Positions 10,509 through 20,715 are shown, counted from the stretch's first letter. The stretch: 64,000 nt of DNA from an uncultured Pelagibacteraceae bacterium (GCA_902524795.1 CABZEU010000003.1:4730-68729); one strand, 5' to 3'. Made by a program: numbers and translations. Notes: a model not told the origin generated them from the sequence alone.

Positions 10509-11789
10509 ATGAAAGGACGAATAATGATCAAGAAAATTATAGTTGTTATGTCATTTTTCTTTTTTAGTATCACTGCGTATGCAGATACTATCAAAGTTGG
10601 CATATTACACTCGCTGTCGGGTACGATGGCAATCTCAGAGACAACGTTAAAAGATACAATGTTAATGTTGATCGATGAACAAAATGAAAAGGGCGGTATT
10701 CTCGGAAAAAAACTGGAGGCAGTAGTTGTTGATCCTGCTTCAGATTGGCCACTTTTTGCGGAAAAAGCTCGAGAACTAATAACTGTCAATGATGTTGATG
10801 TAATGTTTGGCTGCTGGACTTCTGTGTCTAGAAAGTCTGTATTACCCGTAATTGAAGAACTTAACGGATTACTTTTTTATCCAGTTCAATATGAAGGTGA
10901 AGAAAGCTCAAAAAATGTATTTTATACCGGAGCTGCTCCAAACCAACAAGCCATACCAGCTACTGATTACTATCTAGAAGAACTAGGTATTGAAAAGTTC
11001 GCATTACTCGGAACTGACTACGTTTATCCTAGAACGACAAACAAAATTCTAAATCAATATTTAATTGATAAAGGAATACCTGAGTCTGATATTTTTGTAA
11101 ATTATACACCTTTTGGTCACTCGGATTGGTCGAAAATTGTTGCTGATGTTGTAGCACTTGGGGCTGATGGAAAGAAGGTAGGTGTTATTTCAACTATTAA
11201 CGGTGATGCAAACATTGGATTTTATAAAGAACTTGCAGCTGCAGGTGTGAACGCTGAAGACATACCAGTTGTCGCATTCTCGGTTGGTGAAGAGGAATTA
11301 TCCGGACTTGATACAACAAATTTGGTTGGCCACCTAGCTGCGTGGAATTATTTTCAATCAGCTGAGTCTGACTTAAATACAGCATTTATCAAAAACTGGA
11401 AAAGCACTATGGGATCAGAAAGAGTTACCAATGACCCAATGGAAGCACACGTGATTGGATTTAACATGTATGTAAAAGCAGTGGAAAAAGCTGGAACTAC
11501 TGACGTAGATGCAGTAAGAGAAGCAATGTATGGAATTACAGTTCCAAATCTCACGGGTGGAACTGCTGAAATGCTCCCAAATCATCATCTCTCTAAACCT
11601 GTTTTAATTGGTGAGATCCTTGAAGATGGTCAGTTTGATATAATTAGCCAAACGACGGAGGTTCCAGGAGATGCGTGGACTGATCACTTAGTAGAGTCAG
11701 CTGTTTTAACATCAGATTGGCAAAGCTTAGGTTGTGGGATGTATAATACTTCGACCAGCAGTTGTGTTCAGTTAAAGTCTAACTACTAA
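10509..11789 (+). CDS. urtA: Urea ABC transporter substrate-binding protein UrtA
   Basis: Signal peptide followed by the highly conserved UrtA N-terminus TIKVGILHSLSGTMAISE. 426 aa, LivJ-type fold. Precedes urtBCDE. Confidence 0.9.
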   Translation: MKGRIMIKKIIVVMSFFFFSITAYADTIKVGILHSLSGTMAISETTLKDTMLMLIDEQNEKGGILGKKLEAVVVDPASDWPLFAEKARELITVNDVDVMFGCWTSVSRKSVLPVIEELNGLLFYPVQYEGEESSKNVFYTGAAPNQQAIPATDYYLEELGIEKFALLGTDYVYPRTTNKILNQYLIDKGIPESDIFVNYTPFGHSDWSKIVADVVALGADGKKVGVISTINGDANIGFYKELAAAGVNAEDIPVVAFSVGEEELSGLDTTNLVGHLAAWNYFQSAESDLNTAFIKNWKSTMGSERVTNDPMEAHVIGFNMYVKAVEKAGTTDVDAVREAMYGITVPNLTGGTAEMLPNHHLSKPVLIGEILEDGQFDIISQTTEVPGDAWTDHLVESAVLTSDWQSLGCGMYNTSTSSCVQLKSNY

Positions 11790-11802
11790 TTTTAACCCAA
11801 AT

Positions 11803-11845
11803 AAAACGCTGTAAAGAATAGTTTATATTCTTTATGGCGTTTTTA
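11803..11845 (+). terminator. Intrinsic terminator/attenuator hairpin between urtA and urtB
   Basis: 15-bp stem (11806-11820 pairs with 11826-11840, including two G-U wobbles), 5-nt loop GTTTA, followed by TTTTT (11841-11845) and preceded by an A-run. Confidence 0.65.
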
Positions 11846-11849
11846 AATT

Positions 11850-13862
11850 ATGAAAATAAAATTTTATATAATTCTTCTGTATGCTTTTTTTATAAATCTA
11901 CCAGCAGTTGCTCACCATGATGAATTTAACATATTCTTAATAGAAAATTCAGAAAATATAATTAAGAGTTCAGCAAAAACTGTTGACTCTATATTAAGAG
12001 ACATACAAAGCTTTGATGATGAAATTGTCTCAAGATTTTTAGAACTGTGGAAATCGAAGAGTCTCTACTATATAAAAGATACTAAACAAGTAGTTATAAT
12101 TAATGAAAATAACGAGTCATTTGATGCCTTAGAAATAGATGGCCTTACTAAGATTGGCAATTACAGCAAAAAAGAAATTAAAAAAATTAAACCCAATAGT
12201 GGAGTAAGAGCAAAAATAGATTCTCTTTTAGTAAAATACCAAATTTCTAATTCAGATATTAATGTAAGAAGAAAAAGCTTAGATAGCTTAAAAAGAAACA
12301 TCCAGCTTGAACATTTGGCAGTGTTACAAGATGCTTACATAAATGAGTCAGATGCAGAACTAAAAACTGCTATTGATCGATTGCTAAAGTTTGCAATTAT
12401 TAAGTACTCTGACTCGAATGATAAAAAATTAGAAATAATCGAATCTTTTAAAGGCGATACTGCGATCGAGATAAGGGCCTCTCTAAATCAACTCCTAAAT
12501 TCTTCTGAAGTGAAAATTAGCATTTCTCTTCCTAATAACAAAAATATTGCTAGGATAATTGTGCCTGGTTTTACAATCAAAAATAGTAATGGAACATCGG
12601 GTACAACTAATTTTTTTAATGAGGACGTTGAGATATCAATTAATGATGCATATGACAAATTATATGCTGATAATCTAGTTTTTAAAAAAAGGATTACCCC
12701 AGAAGAATTAAAGAAAATATTAGAACAAAATATTATCGAAGATACCATTGGAGGATATTCTATTAGTTCACTAGACAATGAACAATCTCGAATTGCTGCG
12801 TATAATAAATTAGTTGTAAATAATTTAGCACCTCCTTTTATTTCTGAAAAAAAAATTAATGAAGAAGTAAACAAATTTATATTTTATTCGGTTTACAATG
12901 AAACTTCTTCTGAAGTAACAAATGCCGCCCTAAATACTCTAGCTAGTATAAATTTTAAAGTTCAGATCTACAAATATATTGACTTATTTATTGACGGTTT
13001 AAGTCTTGCGTCAATCTATTTTCTTGGAGCAATTGGTTTAGCGATTACTTTTGGTGTAATGAGAGTAATAAATATGGCTCATGGTGAATTTATCATGATG
13101 GGGGCCTATACGGGGTATGTTGTTCAACAATTTATAAGTAACCATACACTATCACTTTTAGTTGCACTTCCCCTCGCATTTATAATTACATTTATTGCTG
13201 GTGTGATTATGGAAAGACTCGTTATACGTCATTTGTATCGTAAACCACTTGATACATTGCTGGCTACTTTCGGGATCAGTATTGCATTACAACAAATTGC
13301 AAAGAATATTTTTGGAACGCAAGCAAGACCACTTACGTCTCCATCGTGGCTTGATGGATCACTCAGTCTTAGCGACGATCTATCGATCAGTTATATAAGA
13401 ATTGCGATATTTATTTTGAGTTTAATATTTCTTGGTTTGCTGCTCTTTGTAATGAATCGTACCAGACTTGGATTGGAGACGCGTGCAGTGACCCAAAATC
13501 CAGTGATGGCCTCCAATATGGGAATTAATCCTGAAAGAATAAATATGTTAACTTTTGGCTTTGGTTCAGGAATTGCGGGAATTGCAGGAATTGCTATTGG
13601 ACTTTTTTCCAAAGTTACATCTGAGCTTGGGTCTGAATATATAGTTCAGAGTTTTATGACAGTGGTTGTTGGAGGAGTGGGCAACATATGGGGCACATTA
13701 GCGGGAGCCTCACTAATCGGGTTCCTTCAAAAATTTATAGAATGGTTCAATCCATCTAATACTCTCGCAGCGCAAACTTATATGATCATCTTTATTATTT
13801 TATTTATACAATTTAGACCAAAAGGGATAGTAGCCCTTAAAGGGAGAGCAGCTGATGACTAA
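11850..13862 (+). CDS. urtB: Urea ABC transporter permease UrtB with a ~375 aa N-terminal extension
   Basis: The C-terminal ~295 aa is a LivH-type permease (LAITFGVMRVINMAHGEF). The N-terminus has a signal-like segment (MKIKFYIILLYAFFINLPAVA) followed by a long hydrophilic domain. Confidence 0.9.
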   Translation: MKIKFYIILLYAFFINLPAVAHHDEFNIFLIENSENIIKSSAKTVDSILRDIQSFDDEIVSRFLELWKSKSLYYIKDTKQVVIINENNESFDALEIDGLTKIGNYSKKEIKKIKPNSGVRAKIDSLLVKYQISNSDINVRRKSLDSLKRNIQLEHLAVLQDAYINESDAELKTAIDRLLKFAIIKYSDSNDKKLEIIESFKGDTAIEIRASLNQLLNSSEVKISISLPNNKNIARIIVPGFTIKNSNGTSGTTNFFNEDVEISINDAYDKLYADNLVFKKRITPEELKKILEQNIIEDTIGGYSISSLDNEQSRIAAYNKLVVNNLAPPFISEKKINEEVNKFIFYSVYNETSSEVTNAALNTLASINFKVQIYKYIDLFIDGLSLASIYFLGAIGLAITFGVMRVINMAHGEFIMMGAYTGYVVQQFISNHTLSLLVALPLAFIITFIAGVIMERLVIRHLYRKPLDTLLATFGISIALQQIAKNIFGTQARPLTSPSWLDGSLSLSDDLSISYIRIAIFILSLIFLGLLLFVMNRTRLGLETRAVTQNPVMASNMGINPERINMLTFGFGSGIAGIAGIAIGLFSKVTSELGSEYIVQSFMTVVVGGVGNIWGTLAGASLIGFLQKFIEWFNPSNTLAAQTYMIIFIILFIQFRPKGIVALKGRAADD

Positions 13863-15024
13863 TTCAATAAATGATTTACTAGCTCGACACACATTAATTT
13901 TTACAATAGTTGTTGTTATATTTTCTCTGTTTATAACTTTTTTTAGTGAACCTTACGGAAACGGATTAATATCTACTAGTTTTGTCAAAACTTTAGGCAA
14001 AACTGTTTGTCTATGCATAATTGCTCTGGCGATGGATGTGGTATGGGGTTATTGCGGAATTCTATCTCTAGGGCATTTCGCCTTTTTTGGACTTGGTGGT
14101 TACATGATTGGAATGTGGCTAATGTATGAGCGAACAGCCATTATTGTTCAGGAGGCTGCCACTAATGAGTTGCTTCCATTAACCGAAACTGAATTATCAA
14201 ATGCAATTGGAAACCAGATTTTTGGAGTTGTCGGCGGCTATGACATACCATCCATATGGATGTTTGCAGATAGTCTTGGTTTACAATTGATTTTAGTTAT
14301 TGCAGTACCTGGTATTCTTGCATTTATATTTGGGTGGCTTGCATTCAGGTCGAGAGTAACTGGAGTTTATCTCTCAATTTTAACTCAAGCATTAACTTTA
14401 GCTCTGTCACTATATTTATTTCAAAATGACAGTGGTCTGAGGGGTAATAACGGCCTCTCCGGTTTGCAGAACATTCCTGGCATTGAGTATTTAGGGCAAG
14501 AGGTCATATCTATAGGGTTTTTTTGGGCAAGTTGTATTTTTTTAATATCTATTTTTTTACTTTTTCATTCACTCATGAAAAGTAAGTTTGGATTAATTAT
14601 TACATCAATAAGAGATAATGAAACACGAGTAAGGTTCTTAGGCTACAATGTCGAAATATATAAATTATTTATATTTGTGTTAACCGCAATAATCTCAAGC
14701 ATTGCTGGTGCTCTTTATTACCCTCAAGCAGGTATAATTAATCCTGCAGAGCTTGCGCCTATTGCATCGATCTATCTCGCTGTATGGGTTGCAATTGGAG
14801 GAAGAGGAAAATTGTATGGAGCAATCATTGGTGCCGCTTTTGTTTCATTATTTTCGTCATGGTTTACTGGTGGACAGGCACCCGATATTCCTTTGGGCAT
14901 ATTTACTATAGAATGGGTTAATTGGTGGACAGTTTTGTTAGGCTTTGGATTTGTAATAATCACAATTTTTAGTGAAAATGGAATAATTGGTTTTTTAAGA
15001 AATATATTTGTTAAGGAAAAATGA
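13855..15024 (+). CDS. urtC: Urea ABC transporter permease UrtC
   Basis: LivM-type permease (GILSLGHFAFFGLGGYM; IRDNETRVRFLGY). Overlaps urtB by 8 nt. Confidence 0.9.
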   Translation: MTNSINDLLARHTLIFTIVVVIFSLFITFFSEPYGNGLISTSFVKTLGKTVCLCIIALAMDVVWGYCGILSLGHFAFFGLGGYMIGMWLMYERTAIIVQEAATNELLPLTETELSNAIGNQIFGVVGGYDIPSIWMFADSLGLQLILVIAVPGILAFIFGWLAFRSRVTGVYLSILTQALTLALSLYLFQNDSGLRGNNGLSGLQNIPGIEYLGQEVISIGFFWASCIFLISIFLLFHSLMKSKFGLIITSIRDNETRVRFLGYNVEIYKLFIFVLTAIISSIAGALYYPQAGIINPAELAPIASIYLAVWVAIGGRGKLYGAIIGAAFVSLFSSWFTGGQAPDIPLGIFTIEWVNWWTVLLGFGFVIITIFSENGIIGFLRNIFVKEK

Positions 15025-15803
15025 ATACTTTATTGAAAGTTGAAAAAATTTCGGTTTCATTTGATGGCTTTAAAGCTATTAATAGTTTGAGTTACAGCAT
15101 TGGTAAAAATGAACTCAAAGCGATTATTGGACCAAATGGAGCTGGAAAAACTACCTTTATGGATATAATTACGGGCCAAACTAAACCAGATGAAGGTAAA
15201 GTATTATTTGGTGAACGAAGCGTATGGCTTGAAAGTGATCAAAAATATCAAGTCGTTTGGGATGAAAATCTTCTAATGAAAAGTGAGTCTCAAATAGCAT
15301 TACTGGGTATAGGAAGAAAATTTCAACGTCCTACTGTATTTGAGCTAAAAACAGTATTCGAAAATTTATTTATATCCATGAAGAAAAATAGAAATCCTTT
15401 TAGTGTTTTATTCCAAAAATTAAATAGAGATGAAAAAAATCTGATAGAAAAAATACTAGGTGAAATTAGCCTTAAAAATGAACAAGATAGAATTGCTGGT
15501 GAGTTATCACACGGTCAAAAGCAGTGGTTAGAAATAGGAATGCTATTAACTCAAGAACCAAAGCTATTATTAATTGATGAACCAGCAGCTGGAATGACTT
15601 CTAATGAAAGAAGACAGACAGTTGAGATCCTTAAAAAATTATCTGCAGATAAGTCAGTTATTGTTGTTGAGCATGATATGGAATTTGTAAAAGATCTTGA
15701 ATGTGAGGTTACTGTATTGCATGAGGGTTCAATTCTTTCAGAGGGTTCTATAGAACACGTATCCTCTAATAATGAAGTAATTGAAGTATATCTGGGAAGA
15801 TAG
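15021..15803 (+). CDS. urtD: Urea ABC transporter ATP-binding protein UrtD
   Basis: Walker A GPNGAGKTT, UrtD-typical GIGRKFQRPTVFE, signature LSHGQKQWLEIG and Walker B LLLIDEP. ATGA overlap with urtC. Confidence 0.9.
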   Translation: MNTLLKVEKISVSFDGFKAINSLSYSIGKNELKAIIGPNGAGKTTFMDIITGQTKPDEGKVLFGERSVWLESDQKYQVVWDENLLMKSESQIALLGIGRKFQRPTVFELKTVFENLFISMKKNRNPFSVLFQKLNRDEKNLIEKILGEISLKNEQDRIAGELSHGQKQWLEIGMLLTQEPKLLLIDEPAAGMTSNERRQTVEILKKLSADKSVIVVEHDMEFVKDLECEVTVLHEGSILSEGSIEHVSSNNEVIEVYLGR

Positions 15804-15805
15804 TT

Positions 15806-16501
15806 ATGATTGATATAAGTAATTTGAATTTTTACTATGGTTCTTCTCAGATATTATTTGACGTTTCACTCAAAGCGAAAAATAAAGAAATTACTTGTTT
15901 AATGGGTTCAAATGGAGTTGGTAAAACATCTTTATTAAAGTTTTTATCAGGAATTTACCCTTCAAAGTCAGGAAATTATCTTTTTGAAGGGGATAATGTA
16001 ACTAACTTTAGCTCGCACCAACTTGCTAAAAGAGGAGTTGGGTATGTTCCTCAAGGGCGTTTTATATTTCCATTATTATCTGTAAAAGAAAATTTAGAAA
16101 CTGGTTTTGCATGTTTAAAACGTGATGAACATTTCATACCTGATGAAATTTTTGACCTTTTTCCAGTATTGAAACAGATGATAAATAGAAGAGGTGGAGA
16201 TTTATCAGGAGGTCAACAACAGCAATTAGCAATCGCAAGAGCAATGATTTCAAAACCAAAACTACTACTTATGGATGAACCAACCGAGGGGATACAGCCA
16301 AACATCATCCAACAAATTGGAGAAGTCATAAAATATTTAAAAGATGAGCAGGGAATGACCATACTATTGGTTGAGCAATATTTTGATTTTGCATTTGATT
16401 TAGCAGATTATATCTATGTCATGAAAAGAGGAAAAATTATTACTGAATCAAAGAAAGAGAGCCTGGATAAATTATCGTTTAAAAATGAAGTATCAATTTG
16501 A
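15806..16501 (+). CDS. urtE: Urea ABC transporter ATP-binding protein UrtE
   Basis: Walker A GSNGVGKTS, LSGGQQQQLAIARA, LLLMDEPTEGIQP. Last gene of the urt array. Confidence 0.9.
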   Translation: MIDISNLNFYYGSSQILFDVSLKAKNKEITCLMGSNGVGKTSLLKFLSGIYPSKSGNYLFEGDNVTNFSSHQLAKRGVGYVPQGRFIFPLLSVKENLETGFACLKRDEHFIPDEIFDLFPVLKQMINRRGGDLSGGQQQQLAIARAMISKPKLLLMDEPTEGIQPNIIQQIGEVIKYLKDEQGMTILLVEQYFDFAFDLADYIYVMKRGKIITESKKESLDKLSFKNEVSI

Positions 16502-18532
16502 ATTTTTAGTCAAGCAAAGTAAAAAGGCATTATCGAGAGCACTTTCTTCTAAAGCATTTAATCGTCCACTTTTACCAGCATGACCGCCTACCAAATTCAT
16601 TTTCATTAATATTGGATTATCTGAAGTACTATTTTCTCTTAGTTTTGGAACATATTTTGCTGGTTCGTAATACTGAACTTGAGAGTCATAAAGGCTGGAT
16701 GTGACTAATACAGCGGGATAATTTGAAGGCTTAATGTTATCGTAGGGCGAATAACTTTTAATATATTTATACTCATCTTTATTCGCTGGATTACCCCATT
16801 CTTTATACTCAAAAGTTGTTAGAGGAATTGTTTCATCTGACATTGTAGTCACTACATCCACAAAAGGAACTGCTGAAATAATACCTGTATATAATTCTGG
16901 CTCCATATTAATGATTGCTCCCATTAAAAGACCGCCAGCACTTCCACCCATTGCATATACATTTTTAGAATTACCACACCCTTGATTGATTAGTGATTTT
17001 GTTGCATCAATAAAATCATAAAATGTATTCTTTTTATTAAAGATTTTGCCATCGTCGTACCACTGTCGACCCATCTCAGAGCCACCTCTGATGTTGGCGA
17101 CAGCAAAAACGAAACCCCGATTGAGTAGGGGTAAGATGGACGTCCTAAAAGCTGCATCAATTATAATGCCATAAGAACCATAGCCATAAATAAGGATAGG
17201 AGCTTGAGATAAGTCAGTTCCTTTTTTATATACTAGTGATACAGGAACTTTTGTATCATCACGGGCAGTAATTTTAAGTCTTTCCACCTCATATAGATTT
17301 TCATCGTAATTGTTTACAGGTTGTTGCCATGCTAATTCACTCTTACCTGACTCAATATCCTCTTTGAATATTGAACTAGGTTTCTTTGGACTCGAATACC
17401 CATAGTAAAATTCAGTATCAAGGTAATAATTATTGGTTGCTAAATAACAAGAAAAGGCAGGGTCACTAAATTCAATATAATTCCTATCGAGAGTTTCTCT
17501 GTTAATTTTTACTATCTTGGGCAGCCCGTCTTCTCTTATCTCTAAATAAAGATATTGTGGAAAAGTGACAAAATCTTCAATTAAAACGGCATCATTATGC
17601 TCAATGACAGTTTCCCAATTATCAAAATTATTAATTTGATCTATGGTAAATTTTAAAATTGAGAAGTTTTTTTTATTTTCGGCATTACTGCTGACATAGA
17701 AACACTCTGGTGTGTCTTCAATGGAATAAAGATGCTTATCGGAACGTTTGAGTACACAAAAAGGTTGATCAAGTTCATCATCTAGATCAAGTAGCCATGT
17801 CTCTGAAGACTCAGTTTTACTAGTATAGATATTTAAATATTTTTTTGTACGTGATTCATAAATATGAAGATGAAACTCTGAGTCATTTTCTTCATAGACT
17901 AAAACATCCTCTTTAGGATCAGTTCCAATCTTATGCTTAAAAACTTTATTTTCTATTAAAGTCACAGAATCTTTTTGAGCATAATAAAATGAAGTATTTT
18001 TCTTATCCCATACAATACTTCCAGAACTTCTCTCAATACTACTATCTATGATTTTTCCCGTTTCTAGTTCTTTTATTTTTATATTATATTCGCGGCGACC
18101 TGATAAATCTTCGGCATACGCAATGAAAAGATTATTTGGTGAGGGAGTTATTGAAGTAACATTTATATAATCCAAACCCTCGCTCAGTGCATTTACATCT
18201 ATAACTAATTCTTTATTACCATTTTGTTCGCGGTAGTATGTTTTGTATTGTTGCTCAGAGTTAATTTCAGAGTAATAGAGATAATCTCCGTATTTAATTT
18301 TCATTGAAACTTCTTTTGGTGGTATGAAGCTAACTAGTTCTTCATAAATTTCTTTACGACAATCATTATTTTTTCCAAACCAATCTTCTAGGTAATGATT
18401 TTCTTCCTCCAAATAAGAAATAATTTCTGGATTTTTACGAGTATCGTCCCTCAACCAATAATAATCATCAATTCGTTCATCGCCATGTGCAATATGAATT
18501 TTAGGAATTTTTTTTGGCTGAGGAGGTTTCAT
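16493..18532 (-). CDS. ptrB: Oligopeptidase B / S9A prolyl-oligopeptidase family serine protease
   Basis: N-terminus HGDERIDDYYWLRD. Catalytic GGSAGGLLMG (GxSxGG). C-terminal HAGKSGR. The ATG at 18532 (MKPPQPKK) is chosen because the longer ORF-track version would run through a tRNA gene. Confidence 0.85.
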   Translation of the reverse strand: MKPPQPKKIPKIHIAHGDERIDDYYWLRDDTRKNPEIISYLEEENHYLEDWFGKNNDCRKEIYEELVSFIPPKEVSMKIKYGDYLYYSEINSEQQYKTYYREQNGNKELVIDVNALSEGLDYINVTSITPSPNNLFIAYAEDLSGRREYNIKIKELETGKIIDSSIERSSGSIVWDKKNTSFYYAQKDSVTLIENKVFKHKIGTDPKEDVLVYEENDSEFHLHIYESRTKKYLNIYTSKTESSETWLLDLDDELDQPFCVLKRSDKHLYSIEDTPECFYVSSNAENKKNFSILKFTIDQINNFDNWETVIEHNDAVLIEDFVTFPQYLYLEIREDGLPKIVKINRETLDRNYIEFSDPAFSCYLATNNYYLDTEFYYGYSSPKKPSSIFKEDIESGKSELAWQQPVNNYDENLYEVERLKITARDDTKVPVSLVYKKGTDLSQAPILIYGYGSYGIIIDAAFRTSILPLLNRGFVFAVANIRGGSEMGRQWYDDGKIFNKKNTFYDFIDATKSLINQGCGNSKNVYAMGGSAGGLLMGAIINMEPELYTGIISAVPFVDVVTTMSDETIPLTTFEYKEWGNPANKDEYKYIKSYSPYDNIKPSNYPAVLVTSSLYDSQVQYYEPAKYVPKLRENSTSDNPILMKMNLVGGHAGKSGRLNALEESALDNAFLLCLTKNSN

Positions 18533-18560
18533 TTTTTTTATGCTATTAATATTTTTTTTA

Positions 18561-18634
18561 TGGTGCCCCCAACCTGTACTGACCAGGTATCTACGCATTA
18601 CCAATGCGTTGCACTACCATTGTGCTATGGGGGC
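18561..18634 (-). tRNA. tRNA-Thr (anticodon GGU), 74 nt with encoded CCA
   Basis: Read on the minus strand: GCCCCCA TA GCAC AATGGTA GTGC A ACGCA TTGGTAA TGCGT AGAT ACCTG GTCAGTA CAGGT TGGGGGC A CCA. Perfect 7-bp acceptor stem, 4-bp D stem, 5-bp anticodon stem and 5-bp T stem. A14, G18G19, A21, U33, A37 and G53:C61 are present. The T-loop is atypical (G54/G58). Confidence 0.75.
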
Positions 18635-18649
18635 AAATTTAATTGTTAA

Positions 18650-19540
18650 TCAGATTTGTCCCTTTAAAACAGACTTTATAGTATCCCCAATTACTGATGG
18701 GTTTTTTGATATAGTAACACCAGACTCCTTTAAGAGTTCGACTTTTTCAACTGCACTTTCTCCATATGCAGAAACAATAGCGCCAGCATGACCCATTACT
18801 CTACCTTTTGGAGCAGTTAGTCCTGCAATATATGCGACTACTGGTTTTTTCATATTTTCTTTTGCAAATTTACCTGCGTCTACTTCTTGAGGTCCACCAA
18901 TTTCTCCAATCATTAATATAATATCTGTATCAGGATCTTCTTCAAACCGAGCTAGTACATCTCTAAAAGAACTTCCATTAATCGGATCTCCGCCAATGCC
19001 TACGCTAGTTGAAACACCAATATCTAGCTCCTTCATTTGTGATGCAGCTTCATAGCCCAGTGTTCCTGATCGGCCAACAATGCCAACATTTCCTTTTTTA
19101 TAAATATGTCCTGGCATTATGCCCAGCATTGATTTACCGGGGCTAATTATGCCTGCACAGTTGGGTCCAATCATCGTCATTTTTTCAGATTTTGCATATC
19201 TTCGCATATATCTCTTCACTTTAATCATGTCGTGAGAGGGTATTCCGTCAGTTATCGCAACACATACTTTGATACCAGCATCAGCTGCTTCCATAGCAGA
19301 GTCGGCAGCATAACTTGGTGGAACAAATAAGATACTTGCTTCAGCATCTGTTTCTTTTACTGCATCTTTAACGGTATTGAAAACTGGAAGCCCAAGATGT
19401 GTTGATCCCCCTTTGCCAGGAGTAACACCTCCCACAACGTTAGATCCGTAATCAATCATTTCTTGCGCATGAAAACTTCCTATTTTACCAGTGAAGCCCT
19501 GGACAATTATTTTAGTATGTTCATCAATCAATATAGACAT
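18650..19540 (-). CDS. sucD: Succinyl-CoA synthetase alpha subunit
   Basis: [28 protein letters not shown] and the HAGA phosphohistidine loop (MGHAGAIV). Confidence 0.97.
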   Translation of the reverse strand: MSILIDEHTKIIVQGFTGKIGSFHAQEMIDYGSNVVGGVTPGKGGSTHLGLPVFNTVKDAVKETDAEASILFVPPSYAADSAMEAADAGIKVCVAITDGIPSHDMIKVKRYMRRYAKSEKMTMIGPNCAGIISPGKSMLGIMPGHIYKKGNVGIVGRSGTLGYEAASQMKELDIGVSTSVGIGGDPINGSSFRDVLARFEEDPDTDIILMIGEIGGPQEVDAGKFAKENMKKPVVAYIAGLTAPKGRVMGHAGAIVSAYGESAVEKVELLKESGVTISKNPSVIGDTIKSVLKGQI

Positions 19541-20715
19541 TATTTTACTTCAATCTTTTTTAACGCCTCTACAGCCTTAGAAGCAGCTTCTTTAAGAGAA
19601 TGGGCTTCAATGTAATTAATATTGCTTTCTTTTAAAATTTTATTGCCCTTTTCAACATTTGTGCCAGCCAACCTAATTACAAGGGGCATGTCTATTTTTA
19701 TTGTTTGAAGTGCTTGGACTATTCCCTCCGCAACCCAATCACATCTGTTAATGCCAGCGAATATATTCACTAAAATAACTTTTACTTTTTCATCAGATGA
19801 AACAAGCTTGAAAGCTTTTACAATTTTTTCTGGCGTTGCTCCTCCCCCAATATCAAGAAAATTTGCAGGCTCTCCTCCAGCAGACTTAATCATATCCATT
19901 GACGCCATTGCCAATCCTGCTCCGTTAATAATATTTCCTATATTTCCATCAAGTCCTACGTAATTTAGACCTCTATCACTTGCATATACCTCACTTGGGT
20001 TTTCTTGAGACTTATCTCTTAATTCTGAAACATCATTTCTTCTAAATAATGCATTATTATCAAAACTCATTTTACAATCTAAAGCTAAGACATGTTTATC
20101 TTTCGTGATGACCAAAGGGTTAACTTCTACCATAGTTGCATCTAGTTCGCTGAAAGCTCTATAACAACCCTCAATAACCTCAGCGGTTCTTGAGATAAGA
20201 CCTGTTTCAATGCCAAGGTTAAATGCGATCTCTCTTGCTTGAAATTCCTGAATCCCAACAGCAGCTTCTATTTTTGACCTGATTATTGTTTCAGGTTTTT
20301 TATTTGATATTTCTTCAACACTCATTCCACCTTCAGTAGAAGCCACAACCATAATACATTCAGAGCCTCTATCAAAAACAAGACCTAAATAAAGTTCTCT
20401 TTCTATATCAGAGGCTTCCTCTATATAAACTCTATTGATAATTTTTCCTGATGGGCCTGTTTGATTGGTGACCAGTTTTTTCCCAAGTAGCTTATCTGCA
20501 GCACGTGCAACTTCTAAAGCATCGTTGCAAATGATTATCCCGCCAGCTTTACCTCTTGCGCCTGAATGAACCTGTGCCTTTACAACCCAACGCGAACCAC
20601 CAATTTCCTTTGCTTTATATTCTGCATTTTCAGGACTATAGGCAATACCTCCCCTTGGGATTCCAATTCCAAAGTCAGATAAAATTTTTTTTGCTTGGTA
20701 TTCATGTATATCCAT
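19540..20715 (-). CDS. sucC: Succinyl-CoA synthetase beta subunit
   Basis: [13 protein letters not shown]-terminus and ATP-grasp motifs. TAATG junction with sucD (1-nt overlap). Confidence 0.97.
   Translation of the reverse strand: MDIHEYQAKKILSDFGIGIPRGGIAYSPENAEYKAKEIGGSRWVVKAQVHSGARGKAGGIIICNDALEVARAADKLLGKKLVTNQTGPSGKIINRVYIEEASDIERELYLGLVFDRGSECIMVVASTEGGMSVEEISNKKPETIIRSKIEAAVGIQEFQAREIAFNLGIETGLISRTAEVIEGCYRAFSELDATMVEVNPLVITKDKHVLALDCKMSFDNNALFRRNDVSELRDKSQENPSEVYASDRGLNYVGLDGNIGNIINGAGLAMASMDMIKSAGGEPANFLDIGGGATPEKIVKAFKLVSSDEKVKVILVNIFAGINRCDWVAEGIVQALQTIKIDMPLVIRLAGTNVEKGNKILKESNINYIEAHSLKEAASKAVEALKKIEVK

Noticed and set aside
10490-10789. 99-aa - strand ORF across the urtA start
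   Set aside because: It is antisense to the conserved urtA N-terminus and would span the promoter region. Its composition is not protein-like.
12488-12874. 128-aa - strand ORF within urtB (similar small antisense ORFs lie in the M50, urease, typA, ileS and murA genes)
   Set aside because: These ORFs are antisense to continuous long sense-strand frames. In AT-rich DNA long antisense ORFs arise by chance.
18395-18791. ORFs 18395-18649 and 18540-18791 (+), and the N-terminal extension of the ptrB ORF to 18604
   Set aside because: All run across the tRNA-Thr cloverleaf at 18561-18634 or antisense to sucD and ptrB. The conserved PtrB N-terminus begins at the ATG at 18532.
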